A DNA stretch of 64,000 nt, taken from the NCBI RefSeq assembly GCF_002105155.1, contig NW_019028998.1, forward strand, positions 186,001 to 250,000, given 5' to 3'. The position numbers and the translations under genes are program-made. Shown here in pieces: positions 13,513 through 25,162 of the stretch (position 1 is its first letter; each line of letters opens with the position of its first letter). The notes beneath the pieces were generated by a model, which saw only the letters and a list, made by a program, of their open reading frames with translations, was not told the origin of the DNA and searched no databases. Source of the DNA: Lobosporangium transversale. Taxonomy: Eukaryota.

Positions 13513-16500
13513 CTATGAGTATGGTCTATTTTCTATGTGGGTTCTATAAGACATTTCTTTTTCGTGCTCCAGTGCTTGGATCCTATCCAACAGAGCTTTG
13601 TTCTCAGCTCGCATAGCTTCTAGTGACATCTCCAGTCTCTTTACTTTGTCACTCTCGCTCTTCAACCTCTGCTCTAGTTCAGATTTACTAACTTTGGTGG
13701 AAGACAGAGATTTTGAAGAATGATGGCTCCTGTTTGTTGTGCTGATGGTACTGCTAGACTTAAAGCCTCGATGTATGCTGTTTTTATTCATAAAATCGCC
13801 ATTGTTGTCGCCAGTTGTAAAATCACTTGTATGGTTTGAGATATCTTTTTCAAAACATCGACATCGAGACTGACAATCCTCACAGATTTTCCGGGTTGTA
13901 TATTCCGCACAGGCATTCGCGGTGTTGGTTGCTTCTAAGGCTACCGGGCCCATTAATTCAGAAGAGGCACTCAGCTCAAGTCCTTGCAACTTTTCGAGCG
14001 TCTCATTACTCATTCTTAAACCTACTTCCTCAGAAGTGCTGCCTTCTCGACCATAACTGCAGATAATATTAATATCTCTACCCTTTCCTGCTCCTGCTTC
14101 CCGTTGACTTTCATTTGACGCCATGGACGTAACCCCTGAAGGGAAAAGTGGGGACTCTTTTGACTTTCTGATTAAATCAAACTCCAAGATTTCGCGAGCA
14201 GTTGGACGCATACGGGGATCCTCTGCCATGAGCCAGAGCACAAATGCTGCCTCTTTCGGCCAGCGGCTGACAAAATCCGGTGGGAGCTCGCCATTTCGAA
14301 GGTTCCGCAAAACCGTGTGTCGCTCCATGAGCGTTGAGAATGGGTGATAGAGTTCAAAAAAGATAATGCCGAGCGAGTAAATATCAGCCTTCTGGTCATA
14401 TCCAAAGTTTGGCCTTGCCAGTTGCTCAGGAGACGCGTACTTCATGTGTAAGAAAAAAAAAAAAAAAATTAAGGCCTACTCCAACATTTGATGTCTGGCT
14501 AATAAAGACGTCTTCGGTTAGTAACTTACGGTAACGGTCCCAACAGCCGTCGTCCTTGTACGCGAGGACCGTGAGCCTGTGGTCACTATATTGTCCGTAA
14601 AAAAACACTGTGTCAACATGGAATTTTTTTTTTTTTTTTTACGCTACCAAAATCTAAGATTATGCCGATACCTGATGAACTATGTCGTCGTAGGAGCGGT
14701 GCTGCTCCACGCCTGCTTGGACTAGAAGCTGAGGTAGAAGATGCGGCAGCAATTTTTCCCTCGTGCGAGATATCTCCTTCCGATGCAACGCCGCCATCCA
14801 TATCTGTCACAAGCCCAAAATCGCCAATCTTTGGAACCATGGACTCAATGTTCAGAAATAGCTCATGTTGAATATCCTCCTTCGTTAACGACGCTTGCCC
14901 CTTATCCTTTGACATCAAAGTAGAATTGGGCTCCGGATCATCGATACTGATATTCATCGAACCTGGATGTGTTGGAAGCACAGTGGATGAACTAGGACCC
15001 TGATCAGACCAGCCCTGACGAGTCGGCTGTGCGCGATGATGCTCAAACCCAGGAGGCATGCCCAAAAAAATATTCCCAGGCTTTAAATCTCGATGGATCA
15101 TATCCTGGTCGTGTATGTAGGCAACTCCTTCTACGATAGCGTGAAAAATATGCTGATTTACAGCGGGATCAACGAGGTCCATGCGACAGTTCTGCTCTTT
15201 TGGGGATCCGGGAGCGCTGTGTGTTATTTGCTCTGAGAGACGGCTTGTTTTGTTGATCCTCCCCCCTAACTCAGGTGACAAGTCCTTTCTGAGTATCGCT
15301 GAAGGACGCTCATTCCTATAGATGAGGTAGTCCTGCAATGTGGTTTGGCACAGCTGCATTTGGATAAACAACGTTAAATCCCGCATGACAAGTTGCCCGG
15401 CATTGTTGTGAAGCTGTCTTAGACCGCATTCAGGTTTATCGAACCCACACAGCTGCTCCCGCCCTCCATCAATAATTCCTCCCTTGTTGGGCCTGTTCAA
15501 GTCAGGGAACGAATATGGTCGCAACTCATTGCAATTTTCTAGCGCTTTAAGCCCTTGGTCTTTGGGATAGAGGTGGTTGTAACGAGACCCCAGTCCAGAG
15601 TATGATGAAGGCGAGGGCCTCTGGATCTCCTCAATCGAAGAGGAAAGTGCAGAGTACGAGCTTGGTTGATGCCTTTTTGATTTCAGAGAACTCTCAGAAT
15701 CATCCAGATCTTGAGAGCGATCTGCGGTTGCGCTTGGAATGCTGCGGGCCGTATAAGTAGAAAGGGTAGGATTGGCTCGCTCTTTATGTTGATTGTTAAA
15801 GAAACCATCAAATACCGAACCGGGATCGCTACGGTCAGCATTGCTGCTACCTGAACCACTTGCATCTTGCGATGCTACAAATCGAACTTCTTCCTCGTCT
15901 TGCGTGTCGTTAGCTTCTTCCTCGCCAAAAACAATCCTCATAGATAAGTCTTCTGGGTCTGTCGAGCGCCGCCCTTTATAAGAGCTATGATAATCAGCGC
16001 TGGCCCTCCTGCGACGCCCACGTGTGATTGGGTTCCCACGTACGCTTATTGTATTGGTATACTCGTCTTCCTCATATTCATCATCGTAGTCGTCATCTAA
16101 CTCTCCATTGGTATCTACCTGATTGCTATAACCTCTGTCACTATTGTGTGCCCCACGTCGTGAGACAGGGTAATCAGCGTGCTCGAGCCACGATGAATAA
16201 TAGCGAATAACATTTTTGTGGTCTAAGCGTGCCAAAAATTTGATTTCGCGGAAAATCTTTTCGTACTTCATCTTGGCTCCGCCACGAAGACGGACTTTTT
16301 TGATGGCATACTCAATTCCATCGAGCTTGTTCCTCGCTTTGAATACGCTCGCAAACCCCCCTTTACCAAGTTTGCATAATTCTACAAAGTCATGCTTGTA
16401 GCGTGTAGGATCATTATCAAACATATCGCCGAAAGACAAGGTCCGCATCATTAAAGAAGATCCAAATGCAGAATCAGTAGTAGAGGGCGTATGCAAGAAT

Positions 16501-18178
16501 CCTGAGGAAACGATATCCTTGGACGAAAAAGGATCGGGCGGGCCGTGCAATCTTACTGTAGAGCCCAATGATACCTTTCCAGTCACTGTGGGTGTTGATG
16601 GTGGAGCCATAATCCTACGACTTTCTAAAACCGTTTGCTCATGTTTGATGGATGTCAATGCTGAGAGGACTAAGGAACGGAAAGCGCGCTGATAGGACGA
16701 CCGTACAGCACTCATTTCTTCCAGATACTCTTCATCGATGATACCCATGTTACTGAGAGTCTTGCAAATAACTAGTACGTCGCCAATGATGGTCGAAGGC
16801 AAATGTTAATGAATTTTACATAAATGACATGCGAAATGAGCTAAATCCAAATGCTCAAGTCTTTACCATAGAAAAGCTTTCGGTTTCTCTCTGGACTTTG
16901 ATCATATAAGAGGCAAAAATTATCTAACAGCGATACCAGTAACAATTTTCCCTGCCGTCTCTTGTTCTCCAGCATACGTTCTTGATCCCGCCTTTTATTC
17001 TTAGGGATAACTTGGTAAGTATGGTTTTCAAGGCCGATTTGGTCGGATTCTATAAATCATAAAAAAGGGACATTGCGTCAGGTACGGCAAAAAAAAAAAA
17101 AAAAAAAAAAAAGAAATATGAGGCATATAATGATGGCCTTACCGTCAAATTCATTGACTCCAGCAAGCATTTGGAATCTTTCTGCTGCCTCTGAGTAACC
17201 CTCTATTCCAGAAGAATTACCGATACTCTCGTCATCTTCGAAACCCATAGGTGCAAGGAAGTAACTTCCGAGGACATTTTTACTTTTGAGACATCCATAA
17301 TCATCTCTACCTCCATCTTCATTATCATAATTGCCACTGCACCTATTGCTGTAATCTTCTTCTTCTGTCCTATTCTCTGCCTCCGACTCTTCTTCATCAT
17401 ATTGGCTATTGAAATTAGAGTGACCTGACTGGATGTACATTCTCCTACGATCACGACCATTCGAATTGACCTGGTCTTCATCCGATGATCCAGAATGATA
17501 CCAGGCTTTGTTCCGGTTACAGCTCTTTGTAGGATGTCTGTTATCGACAGCTTCAAAGCTGTGCCACACGTCCGATTTGAAGTGAATGTGGTCAACATCA
17601 TCACTGGTAACATTGGTCAATACATTGTCAACAATAATAGAAGTCCTTTCATTCACAACGGGCAAGGCTGGATAATGGGACATTACAAAGTCTCGAGTCT
17701 TCTCCATATCCCTGTCAGAATTAGAGTGCAAAGCCGTGACAGTTGTATCGCGCATTGGCCTTTCTTCTTTAGTATCAGTCAGCAATGCTGATATCGTACT
17801 CTCATAATCCTGCTCAGAATCCGAGTGGGCGGTCATGACCGTTGTACTGCGTATCATACGACTTCTTCTGTTGGCAGATGGGAACGTTCTAGGGGAGGTA
17901 GCCTCGTACTCTGGCTCAGAGTCAGAGTGTAGAGTCATGACGGTGGTGTTTCGCACCAGCCGTCTACTTCTTGTATCAGAAGTGCATGGTAAAGGACCAA
18001 GAGGCCTTTGGCTGGAAGCTTCCCTCAGTCGCGTTCTATTTATTCCGAGAGAGGCGCTTCCAGGATAAGATTGAAGTCTGGATGAAGATGTTGAACTAGA
18101 ATTGCTTTGAGACCATAAATCAATAGTCCTCATAGGGGGGCTGCTTTTGAAGGGCGCGTCCGTAGTCTTGTCAGTCAT
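13513..18178 (-). CDS. eIF2-alpha kinase, HRI-like, multi-exon
   Basis: LGKGGFASVFKARNKLDGIEYAIKK, LDHKNVIRYYSSWLE, long kinase insert, LFIQMQLC, HRDLKPGNIF, KIGDFGL, YASPEQ, DIYSLGIIFFEL. Helical region before the kinase (LLVSLLDNFC...ICKTLSNMGII) resembles HRI; no GCN2 RWD/HisRS domains seen. Confidence 0.85.
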
Positions 18179-18891
18179 GCAGGGTGGTTTTAGTATGGTC
18201 TTTCTAGGAGCGATAATTTCGGAGGAGTTGGAAAGAAAGCTTTAATGCTACGGGGTAGTGGAAAATACAAGTGAAAGAGAAAAAGGGTTTAGAAAGATGA
18301 AAATTGAGAAAGTGTAGGATAGGAAGAACATATCAGTAACTACACGGAAACGACGCGAATTGTCTAATGAAATGACTACGCAGATTCATAGACGTCGTTT
18401 TCATAATACATGATGCACGCGCATCCCTCGTCACAATGATTAACACTGTTGTTTTACTGTGTCACCCACTACATGACACATCATCGCTTTTTTCTGTGAC
18501 GGAAGTAACATGCTTGATGAGTTAAGAATGTTGAGTATGATATTAATATCTACATCATCACATCGACGAACTGAGCAAACTGAAGAGTACACGCATAGGT
18601 GCGTAGAGTATGTAGTTTGTGGATCTTGATGGTGGAGGGATCGATCGAGAAGCGGGGATAAAGAAAAAAATGGAATTTTGTAGAAGGATTTTGCTTTGCC
18701 GTGTGCCCTTTTTTTCTTTACCTTTAAACTCCTAGTAACAATGGTCTTCAACGGTACGAAGACGAAGAGATAATAACCGGTTACAACGGTTCAATTGACC
18801 AACTGTGGTCGACAATAATCATTATCCAGAAAGAATGACCCTAGCTTAATGATAACAATTTTCAATAAGAAAATAATTACAACAACACCAA

Positions 18892-18926
<35 letters not shown>

Positions 18927-19556
18927 GTAAGAAGAGTGGACTAAAGTGTCATGGAGAAAAACGTGGTAGGTGACTAATGAAGACTTGGAAAAGATGAATG
19001 AGCAAGAATGCAATTAGACCAGATCAGATGCAATTGAGAAAAGACTCGTGAAGGTTAGGCGTTTGAATTGGGAAATAACAAATTTCTTTAAGCCCATAAA
19101 ATCGTATCAACGCCCAATAAGAACGTATTCAATGCATGAGATAGCATATCTCTTTCCAACAAAGCTATCACACTGAGGAAATGCAATTGATGTCCCATCA
19201 CCGAAGTGGATTACTTTACAACACAAGTTTTTGAAAGAACGTAAAAACCGTCAGTGGCACAGTAAACTCCTTTTGATGCTTTTGGGACTGAGTGAGCAAT
19301 TAACGTGAATCGTCCGCCTGGATCTGGCAAGGCAAAGCACTCTTTTTATTTGGTAGAAAGGATCCTTGGGACAAAAGCCAATAAGGATTGTGAGTAGCTG
19401 TGAATAGCAACGAAAGCGAAGAAGTTTAGACGATTCACAACATTTAAAATAAACTGTAACCCTTAAGAATAATAGAAAGCAAGGAAGACGATCACCAAGG
19501 ATAAGGGCGTTACTGAGTTTATGAGAAAATGCTATACAAGGAACCGCGATTGAGCA

Positions 19557-19887
19557 TTTTTCGATAACAAGGACCCTCAGAGTTACAGGATTTATTATCT
19601 ACACTTTACGAACAAAATGCCCTAAAGACTATAGACGACAAACAGTTACTGCTGTGCGAATCGTTATAAATAGGTTGGCCCATTTAAGGTCGCAAATAAC
19701 GCGGTATCTAATGACCATAGCCACATCGTTGTACTGCCACAATACAACATCCTGTTCATAAATCATATCAGCATTGAGTGGCCCCTTGATCCGCTGAGAC
19801 TTGTGCCACGGCTCTACTCCCTACTTGGTCTGTTGTGCGCAAAGGTCATCCTTTAGCTGTAGTCCTTAATCATGTCGAGTCCTTTGA
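19557..19887 (-). mobile_element. Decayed 3' end of non-LTR retrotransposon (distal copy, tRNA-Trp stack)
   Basis: Short T5 tail then cGATAACAAGGACCCTCAGAG..GGATTTATTATCTACACTTTACGAACAAAATG, homologous to the 3' UTR at 41272 onward. Adjacent ttataaataggttggcccatttaagg resembles the copy at ~40612-40640. 5' limit approximate. Confidence 0.75.
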
Positions 19888-20432
19888 TTTTTTTTTTTTT
19901 TTTTTTTTTTTTGGTAAAAAGGACCCAGGGTCATGGGATTTATTTCTCACACTCTATGAACAAAATGCTCCAGAAACTATAGTCAATAAACAGTTATCAC
20001 TGCACAACCGGCGAGAGCTGCTGCATCCATGATTTCATAAACCCTGACCGCCGTGGTTGGTACTTAAAGTCCACCTTTCCGACGTGGCCTGTTGCGCAAC
20101 GCGACAAATTATGCACTATCCGTAGCCATCAGAAACTTCATTCCACCCAGCCACTCCATCACGTCCAGTTTAGTTTTCCCAAGGTAGCTGTCCCGGACTC
20201 GGTTATCCGCGATCTTGTAGATTTCTTTTACATTCAGCTTCTGTCTTTGTCTGAGGGAAGGGACAAGGAAATCATTGCTACTACGTCTGTGCTCCCCAAC
20301 ACAGTTGCCTCCTCTAGCGCGTTTGCTCGTAGCAGTGATTCCACGAGTCTTTTCCCATTCAACGGTGACTTTACACCGTTTGTTCCAGATTTCTGTACGA
20401 CCGAATTCTTCTATGGCCTTGACGAAGCGCCC
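19888..20432 (-). mobile_element. 5'-truncated non-LTR retrotransposon (3' UTR plus last ~107 codons of ORF2)
   Basis: T25 tail 19888-19912. Colinear and highly similar (about 90% by eye) to 41259-41793. Encodes GRFVKAIEEFGRTEIWNKRCKVTVEWEK...KLDVMEWLGGMKFL. Homology stops at 20432. Confidence 0.93.
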
Positions 20433-20492
20433 ATGAACGTTTGACAAAAAGTTTTTTTTTTTCACGCACTTACACAAAAAAGATAGGGATCG

Positions 20493-20533
20493 TCAGGATG
20501 ATCACGTGCGGCTCTCGCTCTTGTTTTATACCC
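20493..20533 (+). promoter_or_regulatory. Upstream element of tRNA-Trp: TCAGGATGATCACGTG (E-box/CDEI-like) plus TATA-like TTTTATACCC
   Basis: CACGTG at 20503-20508 and TATA-like element at about -39 to -30; a matching arrangement lies upstream of tRNA-Ala. Confidence 0.45.
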
Positions 20534-20562
20534 TGTTGAGGCCTTCTAGGCTCCGGTTTAAT

Positions 20563-20635
20563 GGAGGATTGGCGCAATTGGCAGCGCGTCCGTCTCCAAA
20601 GCGGAAGGTCGGGAGTTCAAGTCTCTCATTCTCCA
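20563..20635 (+). tRNA. tRNA-Trp (CCA), intronless
   Basis: Cloverleaf: acceptor GGAGGAT/ATTCTCC, D arm GCGC/GCGC, anticodon arm TCCGT-CTCCAAA-GCGGA, T arm GGGAG-TTCAAGT-CTCTC; TTTT terminator at 20642-20645. Confidence 0.95.
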
Positions 20636-20655
20636 ATTTCCTTTTATAAAATGAA

Positions 20656-21246
20656 GGATTAATCTATTTGGCAGCCCATACCAAATATAGTAATTTTTGC
20701 CTCTATTTGGCAGCCTACTTCTGGGGGCTGCCACTTAACTTCGCACTCTTGGGTGGCAGCTGGGCTGCCAAATACATTACTTTTTTTTTTTTTTTTTTTT
20801 GATAAACAGGGTCATAACATCAGTGGTAAAACAAGCAGCGTTCTGTGGATACATTGCCTTGCACAGCTAATGCCGCCGGAGGTACTAAGGGCAGCGGCGA
20901 TGACATCTTCACAAAACAGCCTTCAATGTACACGGTTAGGGAATGGTTTATTGAAGACGTCTAGGTAGTAGGTGAGACGCGTTTGCTCCGAGCGAAAACC
21001 TCTCATAGGCATTGATCTCCAAATGGCACCTCCAAAACTGTATGAGCGACCTACTTGAAAAAAAAAAAAAAATAAATAAATAAATAAATAAATAGTTAGA
21101 GGCCAAATAGCCCTGGGTAGGCTGCCAAGTAAATAATGAATGTTATTTGGCAACTGGGCTGCCAAAGAGAGTCTTGAAAGTTGATTATATTTGGCAATGG
21201 GCTGCCAAATAATATTTAGCAACTAGGCTGCCAAATAGATTAATCC
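20656..21246. mobile_element. Non-autonomous TIR DNA transposon (MITE, Mutator-like), family 1
   Basis: Perfect 21-bp TIRs GGATTAATCTATTTGGCAGCC (20656-20676 / 21226-21246); exact 9-bp TSD TAAAATGAA (20647-20655 / 21247-21255); many subterminal TATTTGGCAGCC / GGCTGCCAAATA repeats; no ORF. Confidence 0.92.
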
Positions 21247-21270
21247 TAAAATGAAATGAAAACAACTTTT

Positions 21271-22070
21271 GATGGAGTTATTTGCACGACTCCATACACA
21301 CCTTATTTACATCGCAAATGATTTTTTATTGGGATGAAGTTATTTGTACGGCCCCCGTGCAAATATCTTTTTCCTTTTTATTGCACGGGAGTGTTTTATA
21401 TGGAAATGTCGGTACCCTTAGTGCTATAGGTAAGGTCACTCATTCCAAACCCAATTGGGCTTGCTTTGTCTGGAACTACTAGCAGGCGCCGAAGAGTAAC
21501 TTATTCAAGTGGGCTTTACGCTTTCTGGCGAATGCTAATAGTTGTAGTTATGTGATGAGTGCAACAAAGCATAGTATGTGACCAATCTAGACAACCTTCA
21601 CTGAGGATAATCCTATGTTGATGGGAAGCACAGGAGCTCCTGTTGAACTTGTTAACATTCAACAAAAAAGGCTCACTGCTGTAGACCAATGTATCTTTTT
21701 GGTCATAACATCCAGCTATAATCCTATAATCCAGTCACAGTAACGGCTAGAGATGCATCAATGTATTTATGTGATCCTAATGTTTCCTGCCTATTGATGT
21801 TTTTATTGAGAGGAAGCTCACCAATTAAAGGCGGATTTTTTCTTGAAGGCTGAAATAATAACTCCTCGTGCGAATAAAAAAAATATATTAATGTGTATGG
21901 AGCTGTACAAATGTCTTTTTCCTTCTTTATTTAGTCCCAGAGTCGCATGAAGAATAACAGCATCTACTCTGGGTTACGTATGACCTTGATAAGATAAATA
22001 TTCTGGTAGTATTTGATGCTTGTGTCGTGGAAGGCTTCCTGGTAGTGGTATTAAAGACTGAATTACATAC
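21271..22070. mobile_element. Fragments of TIR element family 2 (two left ends plus internal segment)
   Basis: GATGGAGTTATTTGCACG at 21271 and GGATGAAGTTATTTGTACGGCCCCCGTGCAAATA at 21332 (identical to 45754). 21928-22070 is homologous to 47158-47325. Confidence 0.8.
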
Positions 22071-23890
22071 CTGATAAATTCCCCCTATTTTGTCGGATAT
22101 GTGGGAAGTTCTCTGAGACGGAACAACATCTGCTCTTCAGTTGTCCCAAGAAGCTGGAAGTGTGGCAGGGCGTTATGAAGAAATTTTTCGGAGAAAACGA
22201 CTGGTCAGCCTTCCTACTGGAGTCGCTATTCTATGTCAACCCGATGAGGATCAATCCACCAACAATGTGCCTGCCTTCTTGTTCTTTAGTACCATCCTGG
22301 CAACAATCCGAAAATATCGCCATATCTGTGTCCTTCAAGGAGAAGACTTTGATGTGCCACGTGTCTTAGCCGGTATCGTATTTCCCTGAGGCAGGTATGC
22401 GAAGTAAGAGGTGTTAAAAACTATAGGGAAATATTACTTTTGTACACAAATATTTGTTTTTCATTTTGCATACCAACTAACAATGCCCTGCTTGTGATAG
22501 TTCAGACTTCGAGCTACCGAATACTATGATGTTAAGCAATAACGTTTAATAGCGAAGCGACGATAATAAAATACCTGTGGTTTACTATAGTACTATTCAA
22601 TTTGATAGGAGTTATATTCCTTCACTTATTATGGGCTTCAGATGGGAAGTTGATGATCTGCAATGAAAATATATGGCTCAGCACAATATCTTCTACAAAA
22701 GCTGACACTTAGATCATAAAATTGGACCGCTACTGTCGATATCCAATATCAAAACCAAAAATGCCATATGGTTTTAACGCTTCTTACTTTGCATACCTGG
22801 CTCAAGGAGAAAGCTCGTTCTACAATACATGTATTGGAGCATCTATGGAGCAAGAGCTTTTATATAGGCGGATCGAGGCTGATAGAAAGCAATGGTTTGA
22901 TTTGTCCGTTTTGAACTTCCATAACTGAGTAAATGACTAGGTATATGTATACTTTCCTTACCAATATTACAATAACAGTGATAGACCATATCCTCCCTAG
23001 CATTTCTTCCACCAAGATCAAAAGGCATCATGCAACCACCGTCCATTGCGACGAGGCAAGTCCTCGTTGAGATATTAAGGTAAAAGTAAAAAATTAAAAC
23101 ATTCACTTAATTCTGTATCCCATTCGTTCAGTAGATATTGTTTTATTATCAATCCGCTCCAGCTAATATTACAATGTTGTGGTCGATATCAAATATTAAT
23201 AGTTAAATATTTGTCATGATTTGGCTAATATTTTAAAGTTTCTTTAATATCATGGGTCAAATCGGATCTTTTGTGCGAAATACGTGTATGGCATAACTTC
23301 GTCCGTATAAAGGGCAAAAATTTCCATTATAAATAAATGAGTTCAAGATCCTGTATTGCCTTAAAACTTTTTTTCGGCGTGTGTATTGCCGGTCAAAATA
23401 AATAACCGAAAACTAACTAAACTAACTGCTATGGAGCCAATCTGACTTCTTTATTTCTCCAAATAAAAATAACTCTTGAAGACTTACACATGATCCTAGC
23501 GTCTGCTTGGTGGCTCCCATGGCATCATTTGATGGTGTTGAGGGCTTGATTTTTATCCGGTATGCTACATGAACTTACAATGTTTAAATTCATCAACCTA
23601 TGATATAGAGTGGAAGCATTATCTTACTCCTTCCTCGCTCGCTCGCTCCTCCCCAAGTTCCATTATTGTTATCACTACCACTTGTTCCTGTATCTTCCCA
23701 TCAACCTTCTTTTCCTGAACAATTCATCTTCTATCTATTCACTTTGAACTTTTAGCCCAGTCATTAAGCAATAAAACAAACAAACAAAAAAGCTCTCTTG
23801 TTTATACTTTTGCTGCTCTTCCCTTCTTTCGTTTCTTTTCATCGCCACTGTATTTCGCTTCCTTCTTTCCCTTTCACTCGGATATTGACC

Positions 23891-24660
23891 ATGGGGCTGA
23901 AGTCCTTCTTCAAACTGGTCGCGAGTCGCGGGGTTTTGCCCTCGGAAACTGATGTGGGCGCTTTCTTGGCGGCAAACTCTGGTCATTTTGCTCATGTAGA
24001 TCTCCTCGGTATGTTCTATTACGACATCCACGTAGAGTTGTCCATGCAAAGGTGAAAAATAAATCAATCATTAAAGTAGGCAGGTCCCTGGTTCTCGAGA
24101 TGGAGAGTCTTTTCAAAACGAACAACCTGACCATACACATTGATGGAAATTCTTGTACTAAGAAAGAAAAAGCAGGAACGGAACGTCAAGCCAGAAGACA
24201 AAGAAATATGAAACCTTGAACAATATGGACACCTACAGGAAAAATCCACGGAACAGTGTTTGGACTCATCCTCAAGTCATGAGACGCATCTAGAAAGGCC
24301 TTCGAGAGGCCTACACCTTGAGCGACCAGGGCAAGGACCAGCTGGCAACAGGCCTTCGCTTTGTCTTCAATGTCTGTCTGGGCGCATATGAAGCGGACCC
24401 ATGCATAGGACGCCATAATGAGAAGAATGATGGAGTTGTGATATCCAAAACTCTTTTTTTTTTGCGTACGAACGAGTCTGCATCCTAGTGTGCCTCCTTC
24501 CACACCATCAGCGGAAGCTTGGAGTTTGTGATGCGGATGACATTATCCAAGCATTAAATCTGCCAACGCACAAACATCTACTTCTATTATTATTCATAAG
24601 GCCAGAACATTGCGTGGCGGTCATAGCGGGCTTAATAAAGGGTTCCCGCCTGGCAACAAT
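23891..24660 (+). pseudogene. Degenerate XPG/PIN-like nuclease N-terminal fragment
   Basis: MGLKSFFKLV...FAHVDLLG, then in another frame LTIHIDGNSCTKKEKAGTERQARRQR and later ADDIIQALNLPTHKHLLLL. Pattern resembles XPG-N (MG.., xD, xDG..K..T..R..RR). Broken by stops and frameshifts. Confidence 0.45.
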
Positions 24661-25162
24661 AATAAAAGTCAACTTTGATCCCTTGATTTTAAGTTTGAAA
24701 AACATCTCAATATGGATAGGTTCTAATCATGCTTTCGTCCCTCACAGCTCGCGTTAAAGTCGTCCAAAGAATCCGGAGAAGAGTACTCCGTTGCCGCCGA
24801 CGTAGAGCGGCAAGCACGTGTGTTTGGTATCAAGGGTCTACAACGGCTTCGATGTTCAATATGCCGCTGCTCCTTCGCACATTGAGTTGGGCCATACGGC
24901 ATATAACAGGCAAAAAAGAAAGTGTGCATTGAAGGATATGCAAGACTCAGTGGCAGATCTGAGGAATGTAATCCATACAATGACAGTGAGCGGTGTTCAA
25001 GTGCCTGAACAAACTAGCTGATATCAGCTGACCTTTGAGTAGTGCCAATGACGTTTCTCTTTATTGATCTGATCAAGCGAGCATATTTGCTTCAAAGTAG
25101 ATCATCCCGCGTTATTTAAGTAGCACTGTAGAGTCGTTTACCACAGCTTCTCTATTGAAAAA

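Noticed and set aside
18900..19550. A-rich tract and following sequence as a further element in the Trp stack
   Set aside because: No family terminus or protein similarity recognisable by eye.
19871..20444. CATGTCGAGTCCTTTGA vs CATGAACGTTTGA as a TSD of the proximal retro copy
   Set aside because: Only the ends match and lengths differ; not supportable as a TSD.
6482..20635. tRNase Z near a tRNA gene and flanked by two syntaxin genes, as a functional cluster
   Set aside because: No shared pathway or regulatory evidence; the syntaxins belong to anciently separate subfamilies. Likely chance neighbourhood.
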